Shown: in pieces, positions 1 to 8,926 of the stretch
How positions within the stretch are numbered: position 1 is the stretch's first letter
Layout of the letters: each line of letters opens with the position of its first letter
IMG/VR virus record: IMGVR_UViG_3300017785_008116
Span: 1 to 40,173 of that record
Reading direction: 5' to 3' (one strand)
DNA length: 40,173 bases
Origin: a virus
Taxonomy: Duplodnaviria > Caudoviricetes
Made by a program: the position numbers and the translations under genes
Notes under the pieces: model-generated
Told to the model about the DNA's origin: nothing
Databases searched by the model: none
Seen by the model: the letters and a program-made list of their open reading frames with translations, nothing else

Positions 1-704
1 AGCCGGCTCTTCCTACAACAACTACATCTCCAGCCGTAAAAGGAGCCACTAAAGCTGCAGGTACAGGTGCGCTTAAGGGAGCAGGCCGCGGCCTTGCTCG
101 AGGTATACCCATTTTAGGAACAGTACTAACAGCAGGTATGCTTGCCTCTGATCTTTCTGGTGTATCTGAACAAGAAGAAAAAGGAGAAATAACACAAAAA
201 GAAGCCTATCAAGCTAAAGGAGGAGCAATTGGAGGGGCTGGTGGAGCATTAGCTGGAGCTGCAGGAGGGGCTGCGCTGGGCACTTTATTACTTCCAGGGG
301 TAGGTACAGTAATTGGAGGCATTGCAGGAGGTATTCTAGGAAGCATGGCTGGGGAAGCTGGAGGAGCTGCTATAGGTAGTACCATGGCTCCAGAAGAAGA
401 ACAGCCTATGGTTGCACCTGTCCCATCGCCTGAAATTCCTCAAATTGATATACCCGAACCAAGAGATTATTCTAAAACCCTTGATGATATTGCTAGTAAC
501 ACTAATACTACTAGTAATAAAATTTCACGTCTTAGTGACGCCATTTTTGCTTTAGCAGGTACCCTTAAAACTCAACCATCCAACTCAACACCAAACGTTG
601 CAGTAGTTAATAACCAGCAATCTCAAACCTCTTCTGCCTCTCAAATAGCTGCTTCTAATATAGATGCTATTCGTAGTGTACGTAGACAGTTTAACTTAGC
701 CTGA
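1..704 (+). CDS. 3' part of a tape-measure/baseplate-hub-like protein with glycine-zipper region (5'-truncated by window)
   Basis: Frame is open from position 3 (PALPTTTTSPAVKGATK...RGIPILGTVLTAGM), so the ATG at 138 is internal. GGAIGGAGGALAGAAGGAALGT...GTVIGGIAGGILG glycine zipper and a C-terminal 'VAVVNNQ' tail are typical of myophage tape-measure/gp29-like proteins. Lies directly upstream of baseplate genes. Confidence 0.55.
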   Translation, partial: PALPTTTTSPAVKGATKAAGTGALKGAGRGLARGIPILGTVLTAGMLASDLSGVSEQEEKGEITQKEAYQAKGGAIGGAGGALAGAAGGAALGTLLLPGVGTVIGGIAGGILGSMAGEAGGAAIGSTMAPEEEQPMVAPVPSPEIPQIDIPEPRDYSKTLDDIASNTNTTSNKISRLSDAIFALAGTLKTQPSNSTPNVAVVNNQQSQTSSASQIAASNIDAIRSVRRQFNLA

Positions 705-707
705 GGT

Positions 708-715
708 TATAAGTA
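708..715 (+). promoter_or_regulatory. T4-type late promoter variant TATAAGTA
   Basis: One mismatch to TATAAATA; ends 5 nt before ATG 721. Confidence 0.55.
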
Positions 716-720
716 TTTAT

Positions 721-1848
721 ATGGCATCTCCAAACACAACACCATCTACTGGCTCTGGTCACTATGATGATGATAAAGAGCTTTTTGGAAAATCAGCTAC
801 CTATCTTAAGAGAAATCAAGGTCTTGTTTATGATGTTGTAAAAGAATATCCCTGGACTTTATCTAAAAATCAAGATTTACTTAATGAAGTACCGTACGTT
901 AATTTAGTTGAGTTTGCAGTTGATGAGTCCACCATACAACAGCAAATTAGCTATTATGGTACAGCTGTTGCAGATGCTGTTGCAAGTAATACTAATGTTT
1001 TAGCTCCTTATGAAAAACTATTTCCAAGAAATGCTACGCGTAATGTTTATTCTTTTCCTTATTTTTCTGATATTAATTTTCAGATAAATACACCCTCATG
1101 GCAATCTCTTGATGGACTAGAACAAGGTAAAAAATTTGCTGAAGGTATTGGCGGACTCCTTTTTGGGGATGAAGGTGCTAGAAATGTTGGCAGAATAATT
1201 GAAGGAGCAGCTACTACCGCTGGCCTTGCCATGGCTGCAGCCTACCCTAAGATCGGTATAATGGACCGCCCTAAATTATGGTCAAGCCATGAATTTCGTA
1301 CTATAGAAATAAAATTTCCTCTCTTTAATACTGTAGGGCCTAGTGACTGGATAAAAAATAGAGATTTATGCTGGCAGTTGGTCAATCAGAATCTTTTTGC
1401 TAAAAGAGATTTTATCACAGGTATACCTCCAGTCTATTATGAAATATTAATACCCGGTCAACACTATAGTTATGCAGCAAGTGTTACCAACTTAACAATA
1501 TATAATAGAGGTAATATGAGAACTCTTCTTGACAAGAGTGGAGGACCCACCATAGTGCCAGACGTTTATGAGGTGAATATAACCTTGCAAGATTTAGTAA
1601 TGCCCAGTCAAAATCTTTTTCAATCTATTAAACAAAAACAAAAAGATATAACTATTAACAATCTTAAAAACGCTGCAAGAAGTTCAGGAAACATAACCGA
1701 CGAACAGGCAATACCTCAAGCAATTAACGCTGCCATTGATGTTACAAGTCGGGCTTTTCTTAATGGAGGGGCAGCGGCTCTTAATTTCTTAAATGAAAGA
1801 GCTAATGCAGGTAGAGATTTTGTAGTAAGCGCTTTTAATAGTTTATAA
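721..1848 (+). CDS. Probable baseplate/tail-tube cap protein (gp48/gp54-like)
   Basis: 375 aa ORF between the tape-measure-like and gp53-like genes. The 'RTIEIKFPLFN...PP.YE..IPG...VTNLTI...P..YEV.ITL' pattern resembles tube-initiator proteins; assignment rests largely on position. Confidence 0.4.
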   Translation: MASPNTTPSTGSGHYDDDKELFGKSATYLKRNQGLVYDVVKEYPWTLSKNQDLLNEVPYVNLVEFAVDESTIQQQISYYGTAVADAVASNTNVLAPYEKLFPRNATRNVYSFPYFSDINFQINTPSWQSLDGLEQGKKFAEGIGGLLFGDEGARNVGRIIEGAATTAGLAMAAAYPKIGIMDRPKLWSSHEFRTIEIKFPLFNTVGPSDWIKNRDLCWQLVNQNLFAKRDFITGIPPVYYEILIPGQHYSYAASVTNLTIYNRGNMRTLLDKSGGPTIVPDVYEVNITLQDLVMPSQNLFQSIKQKQKDITINNLKNAARSSGNITDEQAIPQAINAAIDVTSRAFLNGGAAALNFLNERANAGRDFVVSAFNSL

Positions 1849-1861
1849 CAGGTAGATAATT

Positions 1862-2212
1862 ATGTATCAAAATAGTATAAAAGTATTACCCAAGTTGCGT
1901 AACGAAAATTATGCAAATATTTTCAACATCTATCAAGACGAAGATGATAGATATTTTTATAATTTGTTACAAACTGTAGCGATACCAGCTAACTTACCAG
2001 TAGGTTATTATGATAACTATAGTGCTGTTTATGGGGATACTTGGCCATACGTATCCTATAAAGCATATGATACTCCAAACCTATGGTGGGTAATTACTAG
2101 TGTTAATAATATACAGGACCCTACAGTGCAGCCTCAACCCGGAGTTCAATTTAAAATACTTAAAACTCAGTACGTTTCATTAATTTTAAATGAGATAAAA
2201 ACTCAAAAATAA
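1862..2212 (+). CDS. Baseplate wedge protein gp53-like (LysM-like)
   Basis: GDTWPYVSYKAYDTPNLWWVITSVNNIQDP matches the gp53/LysM-like 'D....IS...Y....LWW.I...N.I.DP' motif. Confidence 0.75.
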   Translation: MYQNSIKVLPKLRNENYANIFNIYQDEDDRYFYNLLQTVAIPANLPVGYYDNYSAVYGDTWPYVSYKAYDTPNLWWVITSVNNIQDPTVQPQPGVQFKILKTQYVSLILNEIKTQK

Positions 2213-2213
2213 T

Positions 2214-3962
2214 ATGTTAATTTCAGGCATTTACGATAAAGCTAATTTTAAAACAAAATTTAATCAAATAGATCATGAATTTGAAATTTACCTTGATTCT
2301 GGCTTTGGGGAGACAGATGCAAATAAGTACCCCATTAACCCTAACTCTATTGTCAATCTAAGTATAGAGGACACATTAGCAGATTGGGTAACTCGGGGCT
2401 CTTTAACTTTTTTTTATAACCCTGAATCTGGATCTGGCATAACTAATCTAGCTACTGGTAATGATAGAACAGCAAAAACTGGTGTAAATTCTGATAACGA
2501 TTTAAGACCGTTTTATTCACCTCGTAATGATGGTTATGATTTATTAAGAGTGCGTATTAAACCATTATTAAACGATAATCAAGACTTGCCTAATGCAACC
2601 ATTATAACTGATCCTGTTCATTGGTCTATATCTTCTCTTTTCTCAATATATGATGTTGAAGATATTGATCTCCCCCCTGGAGCTCAAGGCCAGGCCTCTT
2701 CTTCTATTAAATGTTTAAAGTTATATTTCTGGGATTCTTGGTACCAAAAGATGTTAACTAATAAATTAGAGTATTCATCTGCACTATCTCCATTTTCAAA
2801 TATAGAGAGAGATATACAAGAAGGAGTTTACGATAACCCAGGAGTCTTGCCTACTGGTCAAATTATTCGAGAAATAATAAATTTATCTCTAGGGACTAAT
2901 AGTACTCAAGAAAACTATACCAATACTACTTACGTAGACCCTGTTCTCAATTTTAACTATGAACCAATAAAAGACAGTGAATGGGAAGATGGGTCTAGTG
3001 AGATGTTTTATACAACCCCTGCTGACTCTACAGCGTTTGAAAGCTTAATGTATGTTTTTAAAAACCATGCAAGTGCAGATAGTTATTCAATACCTTCAAA
3101 AGCTACCACCCCACGAGGAGGTATACCAGATACAAAACTACATGATATAAGCTTACTTAAAAAAGAAAGAGGTCCAGATGAATATGATGTCGGGCAGTTA
3201 ACCCTACAGTCTATGTCATCTATTTTTCAAAAAGCTGGCTCCGGATCAACGACACCAGGGCCATATCAAAACGAGCATTTCTTTTTACAAGCCTATGGTA
3301 AAACTAATAGTAAACCTACTAAAACCTTACGAGGACCTATTAGCAATACCGATAGTAGCACAGTAGATTTTAAATCGTTAAAATATAGTGTTATCTCTAA
3401 TTACCGTTTTGTTGATATATCTGCTCTTACTAATACTACTGAATTTGTTAATACCCCTGTTTACTCGTTTAACTTTAAAGAGAGAACTTTTAATATAGAA
3501 TTTAATAATAACTCTGTTACAACGGCCCGAGAGTTTATGTCTGAAAAATATATCAAAAATGTTTACAAAGATAGTAATGCAGATCTAGAAAAACTTTTTT
3601 TAATTAACTTAGACAAAGATAGAGAAAACAAAAATGTAAATCCTCGATTTTCCTTAGCAGGAGATAACCCCGTAATAAGACAAAAAACTGGTCTACATAG
3701 ATTACTTTATTACGGACTATTTCAAAACGCTGCTATTAACTTTAGAACCCTTGGCCTCTCTTTTAGAGAGCCTGGTCGATTTATTGCAATTGATAAAACA
3801 GAAGGCGTTGAGGACGGTGATTTTGAAGACAAGTTTTACGGTCAATGGTTTGTTATAAACGTTAAACACATTTTTGAATCAGAAATTTACTTTAACGATA
3901 TAACGGCTATAAAAATACATCGCTTTCAAGAGGCTGAATTAAATTTACCTGGAACCCTATAA
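2214..3962 (+). CDS. Baseplate hub protein (gp27/late-control-D-like)
   Basis: 582 aa. C-terminal 'G...R.PG.FI.I...GQWFVINVKHIF' is typical of contractile-tail hub proteins; follows the gp53-like gene. Confidence 0.55.
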   Translation: MLISGIYDKANFKTKFNQIDHEFEIYLDSGFGETDANKYPINPNSIVNLSIEDTLADWVTRGSLTFFYNPESGSGITNLATGNDRTAKTGVNSDNDLRPFYSPRNDGYDLLRVRIKPLLNDNQDLPNATIITDPVHWSISSLFSIYDVEDIDLPPGAQGQASSSIKCLKLYFWDSWYQKMLTNKLEYSSALSPFSNIERDIQEGVYDNPGVLPTGQIIREIINLSLGTNSTQENYTNTTYVDPVLNFNYEPIKDSEWEDGSSEMFYTTPADSTAFESLMYVFKNHASADSYSIPSKATTPRGGIPDTKLHDISLLKKERGPDEYDVGQLTLQSMSSIFQKAGSGSTTPGPYQNEHFFLQAYGKTNSKPTKTLRGPISNTDSSTVDFKSLKYSVISNYRFVDISALTNTTEFVNTPVYSFNFKERTFNIEFNNNSVTTAREFMSEKYIKNVYKDSNADLEKLFLINLDKDRENKNVNPRFSLAGDNPVIRQKTGLHRLLYYGLFQNAAINFRTLGLSFREPGRFIAIDKTEGVEDGDFEDKFYGQWFVINVKHIFESEIYFNDITAIKIHRFQEAELNLPGTL

Positions 3963-3982
3963 GCTATTTAATAAGTCTTTAT

Positions 3983-4192
3983 ATGAGCAATTTTTTCGTA
4001 AGCGTTATAACTGAAGACAATAAATTTGTAGGAGAAGTTTATAACAAAGATAGTAATATACTTCTCTATAGAACTCAAAAGAGATCCTTACATCAGGATG
4101 CTTTAAATGAGGCTAATATGTTTTTAAGAAACCAGGCACCTCCTGCCCAGAGTCCGTCAACCCAGCCTCCAAAACGTTGTTGTGGACGTTAA
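3983..4192 (+). CDS. Small hypothetical protein ending KRCCGR
   Basis: 69 aa ORF filling the gap; its stop overlaps the convergent clamp-loader stop (TTAA at 4189-4192). Confidence 0.6.
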   Translation: MSNFFVSVITEDNKFVGEVYNKDSNILLYRTQKRSLHQDALNEANMFLRNQAPPAQSPSTQPPKRCCGR

Positions 4193-5094
4193 CTATAAAG
4201 CTTTAAGCAGGTACTAAACCAGTTAATCTCTTTATCAATTACAATTGCATCCTTGTACATCCCCTCTGATACTACTAAGAGACTATTAGCATTAGTGTCA
4301 GTTTCAAATAACACTTCAAACATCTCTCTTAAGAGCTGCAAATAGTCCCCAGAGAATTCTTGCTCTCTCTCAATAACATACTTTCTAAGTTCTTGAGGAG
4401 ATGCTTTACCTTTAATCTTCTCTACTACTTTACTAGCAATACCCTTGGCCTGGTTATCCTTAATGACCAAAGTCCCTGTAAATGAGAACTTTTGAATATC
4501 ATTAATAATACGCCGCAAGTCAGGATAACCAGAGCGAACTAGCTCTACTAGCCTTTGTTTCTCGGTATCCGGAACAGTGATTCCCTCATTTTTAAGTATA
4601 GATACTACTCTATTCAACACCCCATCAAGAGGTGGTGTTAGATTAAAGATCTGACACCGAGATTGCAGAGCAGGAATAATCTTAAAGAGATAGTTACAGG
4701 TAAAGATAAACCTAGTATTCTCAGAATACTCTTCAATAACATTACGAAGAGCCTTTTGAGAGTCTAAAGTAAGAGCATCACATTCATCGAAGAGTACAAG
4801 CTTTAACTTACCATCTATGGACTTCGTAGAAGCAAACCCGATAACTTTAGAACGAATTGTATCGATACCATTTTCATCAGAAGCGTTAATATAAAGATAC
4901 TGACAATCTAGGATATCATTAGCAATAATTTTACTAAGAGTAGTTTTACCTGTTCCGGGGTTACCCGCAAAGAGTAAGTTAGGAATCTCTTCTTTAGACT
5001 TTAAGGACTCAAAGTATAACCGTTCCTCGTTAGTAAGAACAATATCCGCAAGAGTCTTCGGTCGGTATTTTTCAACAAATAGATTCTGAAACAT
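4189..5094 (-). CDS. Clamp loader ATPase subunit (T4 gp44/RFC small subunit-like)
   Basis: VEKYRP, Walker A GNPGTGKT, INASDENGID, Walker B DECD, SRC arginine finger, PDLRRIIN. Confidence 0.95.
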   Translation of the reverse strand: MFQNLFVEKYRPKTLADIVLTNEERLYFESLKSKEEIPNLLFAGNPGTGKTTLSKIIANDILDCQYLYINASDENGIDTIRSKVIGFASTKSIDGKLKLVLFDECDALTLDSQKALRNVIEEYSENTRFIFTCNYLFKIIPALQSRCQIFNLTPPLDGVLNRVVSILKNEGITVPDTEKQRLVELVRSGYPDLRRIINDIQKFSFTGTLVIKDNQAKGIASKVVEKIKGKASPQELRKYVIEREQEFSGDYLQLLREMFEVLFETDTNANSLLVVSEGMYKDAIVIDKEINWFSTCLKLYS

Positions 5095-5100
5095 GTAAGT

Positions 5101-5106
5101 AGTATA
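5101..5106 (-). promoter_or_regulatory. Putative sigma70-type -10 box TATACT for the clamp loader
   Basis: Reverse strand reads TATACT-acttac-ATG (6-nt spacer); no Shine-Dalgarno. Confidence 0.45.
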
Positions 5107-5108
5107 TA

Positions 5109-5549
5109 CTATTTTCCCGAAGAACCAAAGCCTTTTTCTCCTCGTTCAGTCTCATGAACAGTCTCAGACCAGCTAGTCTCAGTAGTTACTAGAGGGTAAA
5201 GAACTAATTGAGCTACTCTATCCCCCTTCTTTACAGTATAGTCGTTATCGGAATGATTAAGCATACGAATACCCATATCCCCTCTGTACGAGTTATCTAT
5301 AATGCCTCCAAAAGCCTGGAGCCCATGTTTAAACTGTAAACCAGAACGAGACTCTATCCTAATCCAAATACCAGGAGGAAGATACGCTAACTTTAAACCA
5401 ACAGGTACAACAATAGCCCCTCTAGCAGGAATAACTGTATCTTCAACGGCAGTTACATCATAACCAGAGTCTCCTGTAAAAGAATCTTTGTGGTTCCGTT
5501 CAGGTAAAACAGCATCAGGATGAGTCTTAAGAAATTTAATACCTGTCAT
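5109..5549 (-). CDS. dut: Trimeric dUTPase
   Basis: Motifs SGYD, RSG, GIIDNSYRG, GDRVAQL, RGEKGFGSSG. Start at 5549 (MTGIKFLK) is preferred over 5582 because TACAAT lies 7 nt upstream and 5582 overlaps the upstream small ORF. Confidence 0.95.
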   Translation of the reverse strand: MTGIKFLKTHPDAVLPERNHKDSFTGDSGYDVTAVEDTVIPARGAIVVPVGLKLAYLPPGIWIRIESRSGLQFKHGLQAFGGIIDNSYRGDMGIRMLNHSDNDYTVKKGDRVAQLVLYPLVTTETSWSETVHETERGEKGFGSSGK

Positions 5550-5574
5550 ATTAGGTATTGTATATGTATAGGAA

Positions 5575-5739
5575 CTATTCATTGATTAGCTGACGACCAG
5601 TATAATTACCTTCTTTAATTTCTCCAATAGGGGTCGCACCAGGTCTAACGGCATTACTCTCAAGCCATTGAAGAAGTTGATCGAGTTTATTTGCAGGAAC
5701 AATATAAGTTCCTTTAATTGTGTTAATGATTGTTTCCAT
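5575..5739 (-). CDS. Small hypothetical protein (54 aa), absent from the ORF track
   Basis: Hand translation gives METIINTIKGTYIVPANKLDQLLQWLESNAVRPGATPIGEIKEGNYTGRQLINE*. Natural protein composition and a preceding TTGCTT-16-TATTAT promoter-like element. Confidence 0.75.
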   Translation of the reverse strand: METIINTIKGTYIVPANKLDQLLQWLESNAVRPGATPIGEIKEGNYTGRQLINE

Positions 5740-5745
5740 TTGGTT

Positions 5746-5773
5746 ATAATAGTATAAAGTTTAACAAAAGCAA
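5746..5773 (-). promoter_or_regulatory. Putative sigma70-type promoter (TTGCTT-16nt-TATTAT)
   Basis: -35 at 5768-5773 and -10 at 5746-5751 on the reverse strand, 6 nt before ATG 5739; divergent from the + strand gene at 5792/5795. Confidence 0.5.
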
Positions 5774-5791
5774 CTACAGGCTTAATTATCA

Positions 5792-6301
5792 ATGATGTCA
5801 GATATAGATACTTTATTGGACGAACTATCTTCTTTTTCGTTCCCGCAACCTTCTACTGTTAGATCAGTACCAAGAGGTACACCCACTAATATAAATGAAG
5901 ACAATATTAATGATTATATCTTACAAAAAACTGGTAATTTAGTTGATGCAGGGCTTGGAGCTGTTCAGGATCTAAAAGACTTCGTCGTACAGGGTCAAAA
6001 CCCAGACGAAATTGCAGCTCTCTCTGAACTCATCTCTTCTACTACCAAAGCCATTGAAGCTCTTAATAGAATTAATTTACAAAATAAGAAGGCTAAAACT
6101 GACAAAGAAATTAAAATAATGGATATTGAAGGCAAAAAGGCTATAGCTAATTCATTGCCAGGAAATAACATAACTAACAACACTGTTAATTTAGTTGCTA
6201 GTAGAGAAGAGATCTTTAAACAGCTTTTAAATAATATAGAAGAACAACCTGCTATAGAAGTTATAGAAGATATTGTTATAGAAGAAAAAGAAGATAAATA
6301 A
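5792..6301 (+). CDS. Probable terminase small subunit (T4 gp16-like)
   Basis: Helical 'NLVDAGLGAVQDL...P.EIAALSELI' core and C-terminal 'NNITNNTVNLVASREEIFKQLL' resemble the gp16-family 'TNN..FVGST.EL.K.L'. True start may be the second ATG (5795), 6 nt after TAATTA. Confidence 0.55.
   Translation: MMSDIDTLLDELSSFSFPQPSTVRSVPRGTPTNINEDNINDYILQKTGNLVDAGLGAVQDLKDFVVQGQNPDEIAALSELISSTTKAIEALNRINLQNKKAKTDKEIKIMDIEGKKAIANSLPGNNITNNTVNLVASREEIFKQLLNNIEEQPAIEVIEDIVIEEKEDK
6295..6300 (+). promoter_or_regulatory. Late promoter core TAAATA
   Basis: 6 nt before ATG 6307. Confidence 0.6.
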
Positions 6302-6306
6302 TTGAT

Positions 6307-6867
6307 ATGGCTAGTACTTTTACACCAACAACTTGGCCCACTGTTTTAGGGCCTTATGCAATTGATGTTAATGATTGTATCGGAGACTCAGTAGGTATTA
6401 TTAATGCTAATACAAACTATTTAGCATCTTATACAGCAGCAGTTTCTAGTACTGCTAGTACACAAATAGCTTCAGCAAATACAAGAATCACTGCTTTATC
6501 TACAGTACCCCTTGCAAGGTTACAAGACGGTGGTCAGACGGGTAACGCACCTATTTTTGGAGCTCGGGCTTGGGTAAATTTTAATGGCACAGGGGGTAAT
6601 GGTGCTAACCAGATTATTAGAGGTTCAGGAAATGTTTCTTCTGTTTATAGGACCGCAGGTGGAAATTACACTGTATATTTTACAGTAAATATGCCAGATA
6701 CATATTATGCAGCTATTGCTACTTCAGGTAATCTTGATGCAAGTACAGCCGCAGAATCAACATCAACGACAAATAGACAAGTTAGCTCAGTTCAAGTTTA
6801 TACTGGAAATGCACAAGGGGGCACCCTTGCTGAAAGAGCAGATATATCAGTTGTAATTTTTAGGTAA
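6307..6867 (+). CDS. Short tail-fibre/spike-like protein
   Basis: N-terminal DCIGDSVGIINAN motif shared with 30916/32672/32920. C-terminal 'ARAWVNFNG...IRGSGNVSSV.R...G.Y.V.F...MPD..YA' domain is common at phage fibre C-termini. Confidence 0.6.
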   Translation: MASTFTPTTWPTVLGPYAIDVNDCIGDSVGIINANTNYLASYTAAVSSTASTQIASANTRITALSTVPLARLQDGGQTGNAPIFGARAWVNFNGTGGNGANQIIRGSGNVSSVYRTAGGNYTVYFTVNMPDTYYAAIATSGNLDASTAAESTSTTNRQVSSVQVYTGNAQGGTLAERADISVVIFR

Positions 6868-6869
6868 TC

Positions 6870-8861
6870 TTACTTAACCGGACAAGCCCCGCCTTCACAT
6901 TCCATACTTTCGATCTCCCCCTGTCCGATATTAATCGTGATAATTGGTTTTACTTTTTCAGATAACCTCTTATAGTCTTCTTCAGAGATCTCTTCGTAAG
7001 GGGCTTGTGCAAATCCATGCTCGCTATGAAGCAAGAATGAAACTGACTTAATAGATGTCTCATAGTTATATTCGAGCCAGGCTTTAATTTCTTCCAGCTC
7101 CTCTTGTCTGTAATAAACAGTAACTGAAACAGCATTATCTGACCAATACGTTTGAAGCTTCTTAACGATATCAAGCTGCTGAACTGCAGTCATTGATTTA
7201 GCAACAACACAGCTTTCTCCGGCATTACAAGGAAACTCTATAACAACAGTTGTATGATCGTCTTTACCATCAAAGCCTCGAACGTACTCAACATGGTACC
7301 CAAGTTCTCGGCAGATACTAACAAGTCTATCTCCTGAACCCATTCTTACTCTACGGATATAAAATGGTGAATAAGCAGGATGTACCCCTGGTGTCGAACC
7401 AGCTAGTAATGAAAGAGTGCCTGATGGCTTAACGGTTGTAAGTTTAATTGACTCTGGGTAACCTTTAGTCTTTGACCACTCCTTATCAAATTTACGAAGT
7501 GCTTCATAACCCTTGTCCAGCCATCCAATCTTTTCATCTGAACACTGACAGATGCCGGTAACACCGAGACCTAAACGCATATTCTTATGAACGATCTTAT
7601 TAGTCTCATCATGAATAAAGGGCATAGCAGCTGTTGCTTTTTGTGTCTTATAAAGAAGTGTAGCGCAATCTACTAACTCTTCTGCAGAAGAAATATTATT
7701 AAGATATAACTCAGACAAGTTACAACATTCGTAAGAGTTTAAAGAAATCTCAGCACAAGGATTAGTACCCTGTACGTTATCCTCATTAGTAGGATATAGC
7801 TTAGATGACTTCATTTGGCCGTCTTTAAGACGGCCAAACTTCTGAGACAAGGGAAGATTAAAGAACCCGTAAGGTTCTCCTTTAGCAAACCCAGTCTCCT
7901 TATCTATAATATAACCGTTAGTCCAAATCTCACTTGAAATATGTGAGAAGTCATCTGCATAGATAGTATTATTTGACATCGCTCTCCAGTTAGGTATATT
8001 GCCAAACGACCAGTTCTTAGCACGGAGATAGAGATAATCATCCGGGTCACCTAGAGCAATTTGAGCCGAACGACGAACATTACCTGCTACTACAACTGAA
8101 CCAATAATGTTGCAGATATCAAGAACGTCTGTAGAACGTAGTTTTTTACCTTCTCTTGATTGAAAGATTTTAGAAATCTTCTCAATACCTTCAATAAGGA
8201 TACCCGGACCAGAAGCTGTACCTCCAAAGCCGGCTATTCTTTCCCCTGCACCTCTTACAAGGATCGTTGAAAAAGAGAAAGACTTACCATTTACATAATA
8301 AGCATCTAAAACCTTTCGAAGTAACTCTACCCAACCTGAACGAGAATCAGGTACAATAAAGTCAGCATCCTTTATACATTGATGCTCTACAACAACACCT
8401 TTCTTAATCTTAGGCAGTTCGTGAATATCCTCTCTACGAATAGAGAACCCTACCCCACCACCAAGCATTAGGTTCTCAAAGATAAAGAGAAACGTTTTAG
8501 GATCATTAATACTGCAGTACCAGCAGTTGAGTAAAGAGTTAGCACCAAACTTCTTAACTGTCTCAGTACCAAGCTGCCAAAGCATTCTACCAGCAAAATT
8601 ACACTTAAGGTTATAAACCAAATCATACAGTCTTTGAGCTTCTTGTGATGTATAGTCTGCTCCAATTTCTTGTGCACCATTAATACACCGAGCAACAGTC
8701 TGCCACCATTCTTCAGTTTGGTCTGTACCTTCTATTTTTCTTGCGTAAGTCCTCTTGTAAACAATATAACCTAATCCATTAAAGCCCCATGGAACCTCTT
8801 TATTGATATATTTTTGTAAAAACTTTTCGGGTAATAAATCAGAGGTATAGTTTGTAATCAT
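6870..8861 (-). CDS. nrdJ: Class II (adenosylcobalamin-dependent) ribonucleotide reductase, monomeric RTPR-like
   Basis: RTYAR, GGGVG, GGTASGP, VVAGNVRRSA, TNPCAEI, CNL, TTVKPSGT and C-terminal CEGGACPVK; no intein or intron interruption seen. Confidence 0.92.
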   Translation of the reverse strand: MITNYTSDLLPEKFLQKYINKEVPWGFNGLGYIVYKRTYARKIEGTDQTEEWWQTVARCINGAQEIGADYTSQEAQRLYDLVYNLKCNFAGRMLWQLGTETVKKFGANSLLNCWYCSINDPKTFLFIFENLMLGGGVGFSIRREDIHELPKIKKGVVVEHQCIKDADFIVPDSRSGWVELLRKVLDAYYVNGKSFSFSTILVRGAGERIAGFGGTASGPGILIEGIEKISKIFQSREGKKLRSTDVLDICNIIGSVVVAGNVRRSAQIALGDPDDYLYLRAKNWSFGNIPNWRAMSNNTIYADDFSHISSEIWTNGYIIDKETGFAKGEPYGFFNLPLSQKFGRLKDGQMKSSKLYPTNEDNVQGTNPCAEISLNSYECCNLSELYLNNISSAEELVDCATLLYKTQKATAAMPFIHDETNKIVHKNMRLGLGVTGICQCSDEKIGWLDKGYEALRKFDKEWSKTKGYPESIKLTTVKPSGTLSLLAGSTPGVHPAYSPFYIRRVRMGSGDRLVSICRELGYHVEYVRGFDGKDDHTTVVIEFPCNAGESCVVAKSMTAVQQLDIVKKLQTYWSDNAVSVTVYYRQEELEEIKAWLEYNYETSIKSVSFLLHSEHGFAQAPYEEISEEDYKRLSEKVKPIITINIGQGEIESMECEGGACPVK

Positions 8862-8926
8862 AAATTTGACAAAGAATGTGTAGAAATAACTTAAGCCATT
8901 CTACCCTAAAATACTAGTTAATCTAC

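Noticed and set aside
200-385. GC-rich GGN/GCN-repetitive DNA
   Set aside because: Explained by the glycine-zipper coding sequence; not a separate repeat element.
5586-5792. 68-aa minus-strand ORF in the track
   Set aside because: A different frame (5575..5739) gives a more protein-like ORF with a properly placed promoter.
8878-8905. Imperfect hairpin upstream of nrdJ (possible riboswitch or operator)
   Set aside because: Weak AT-rich stem; the 65-nt gap is far too short for a cobalamin riboswitch.
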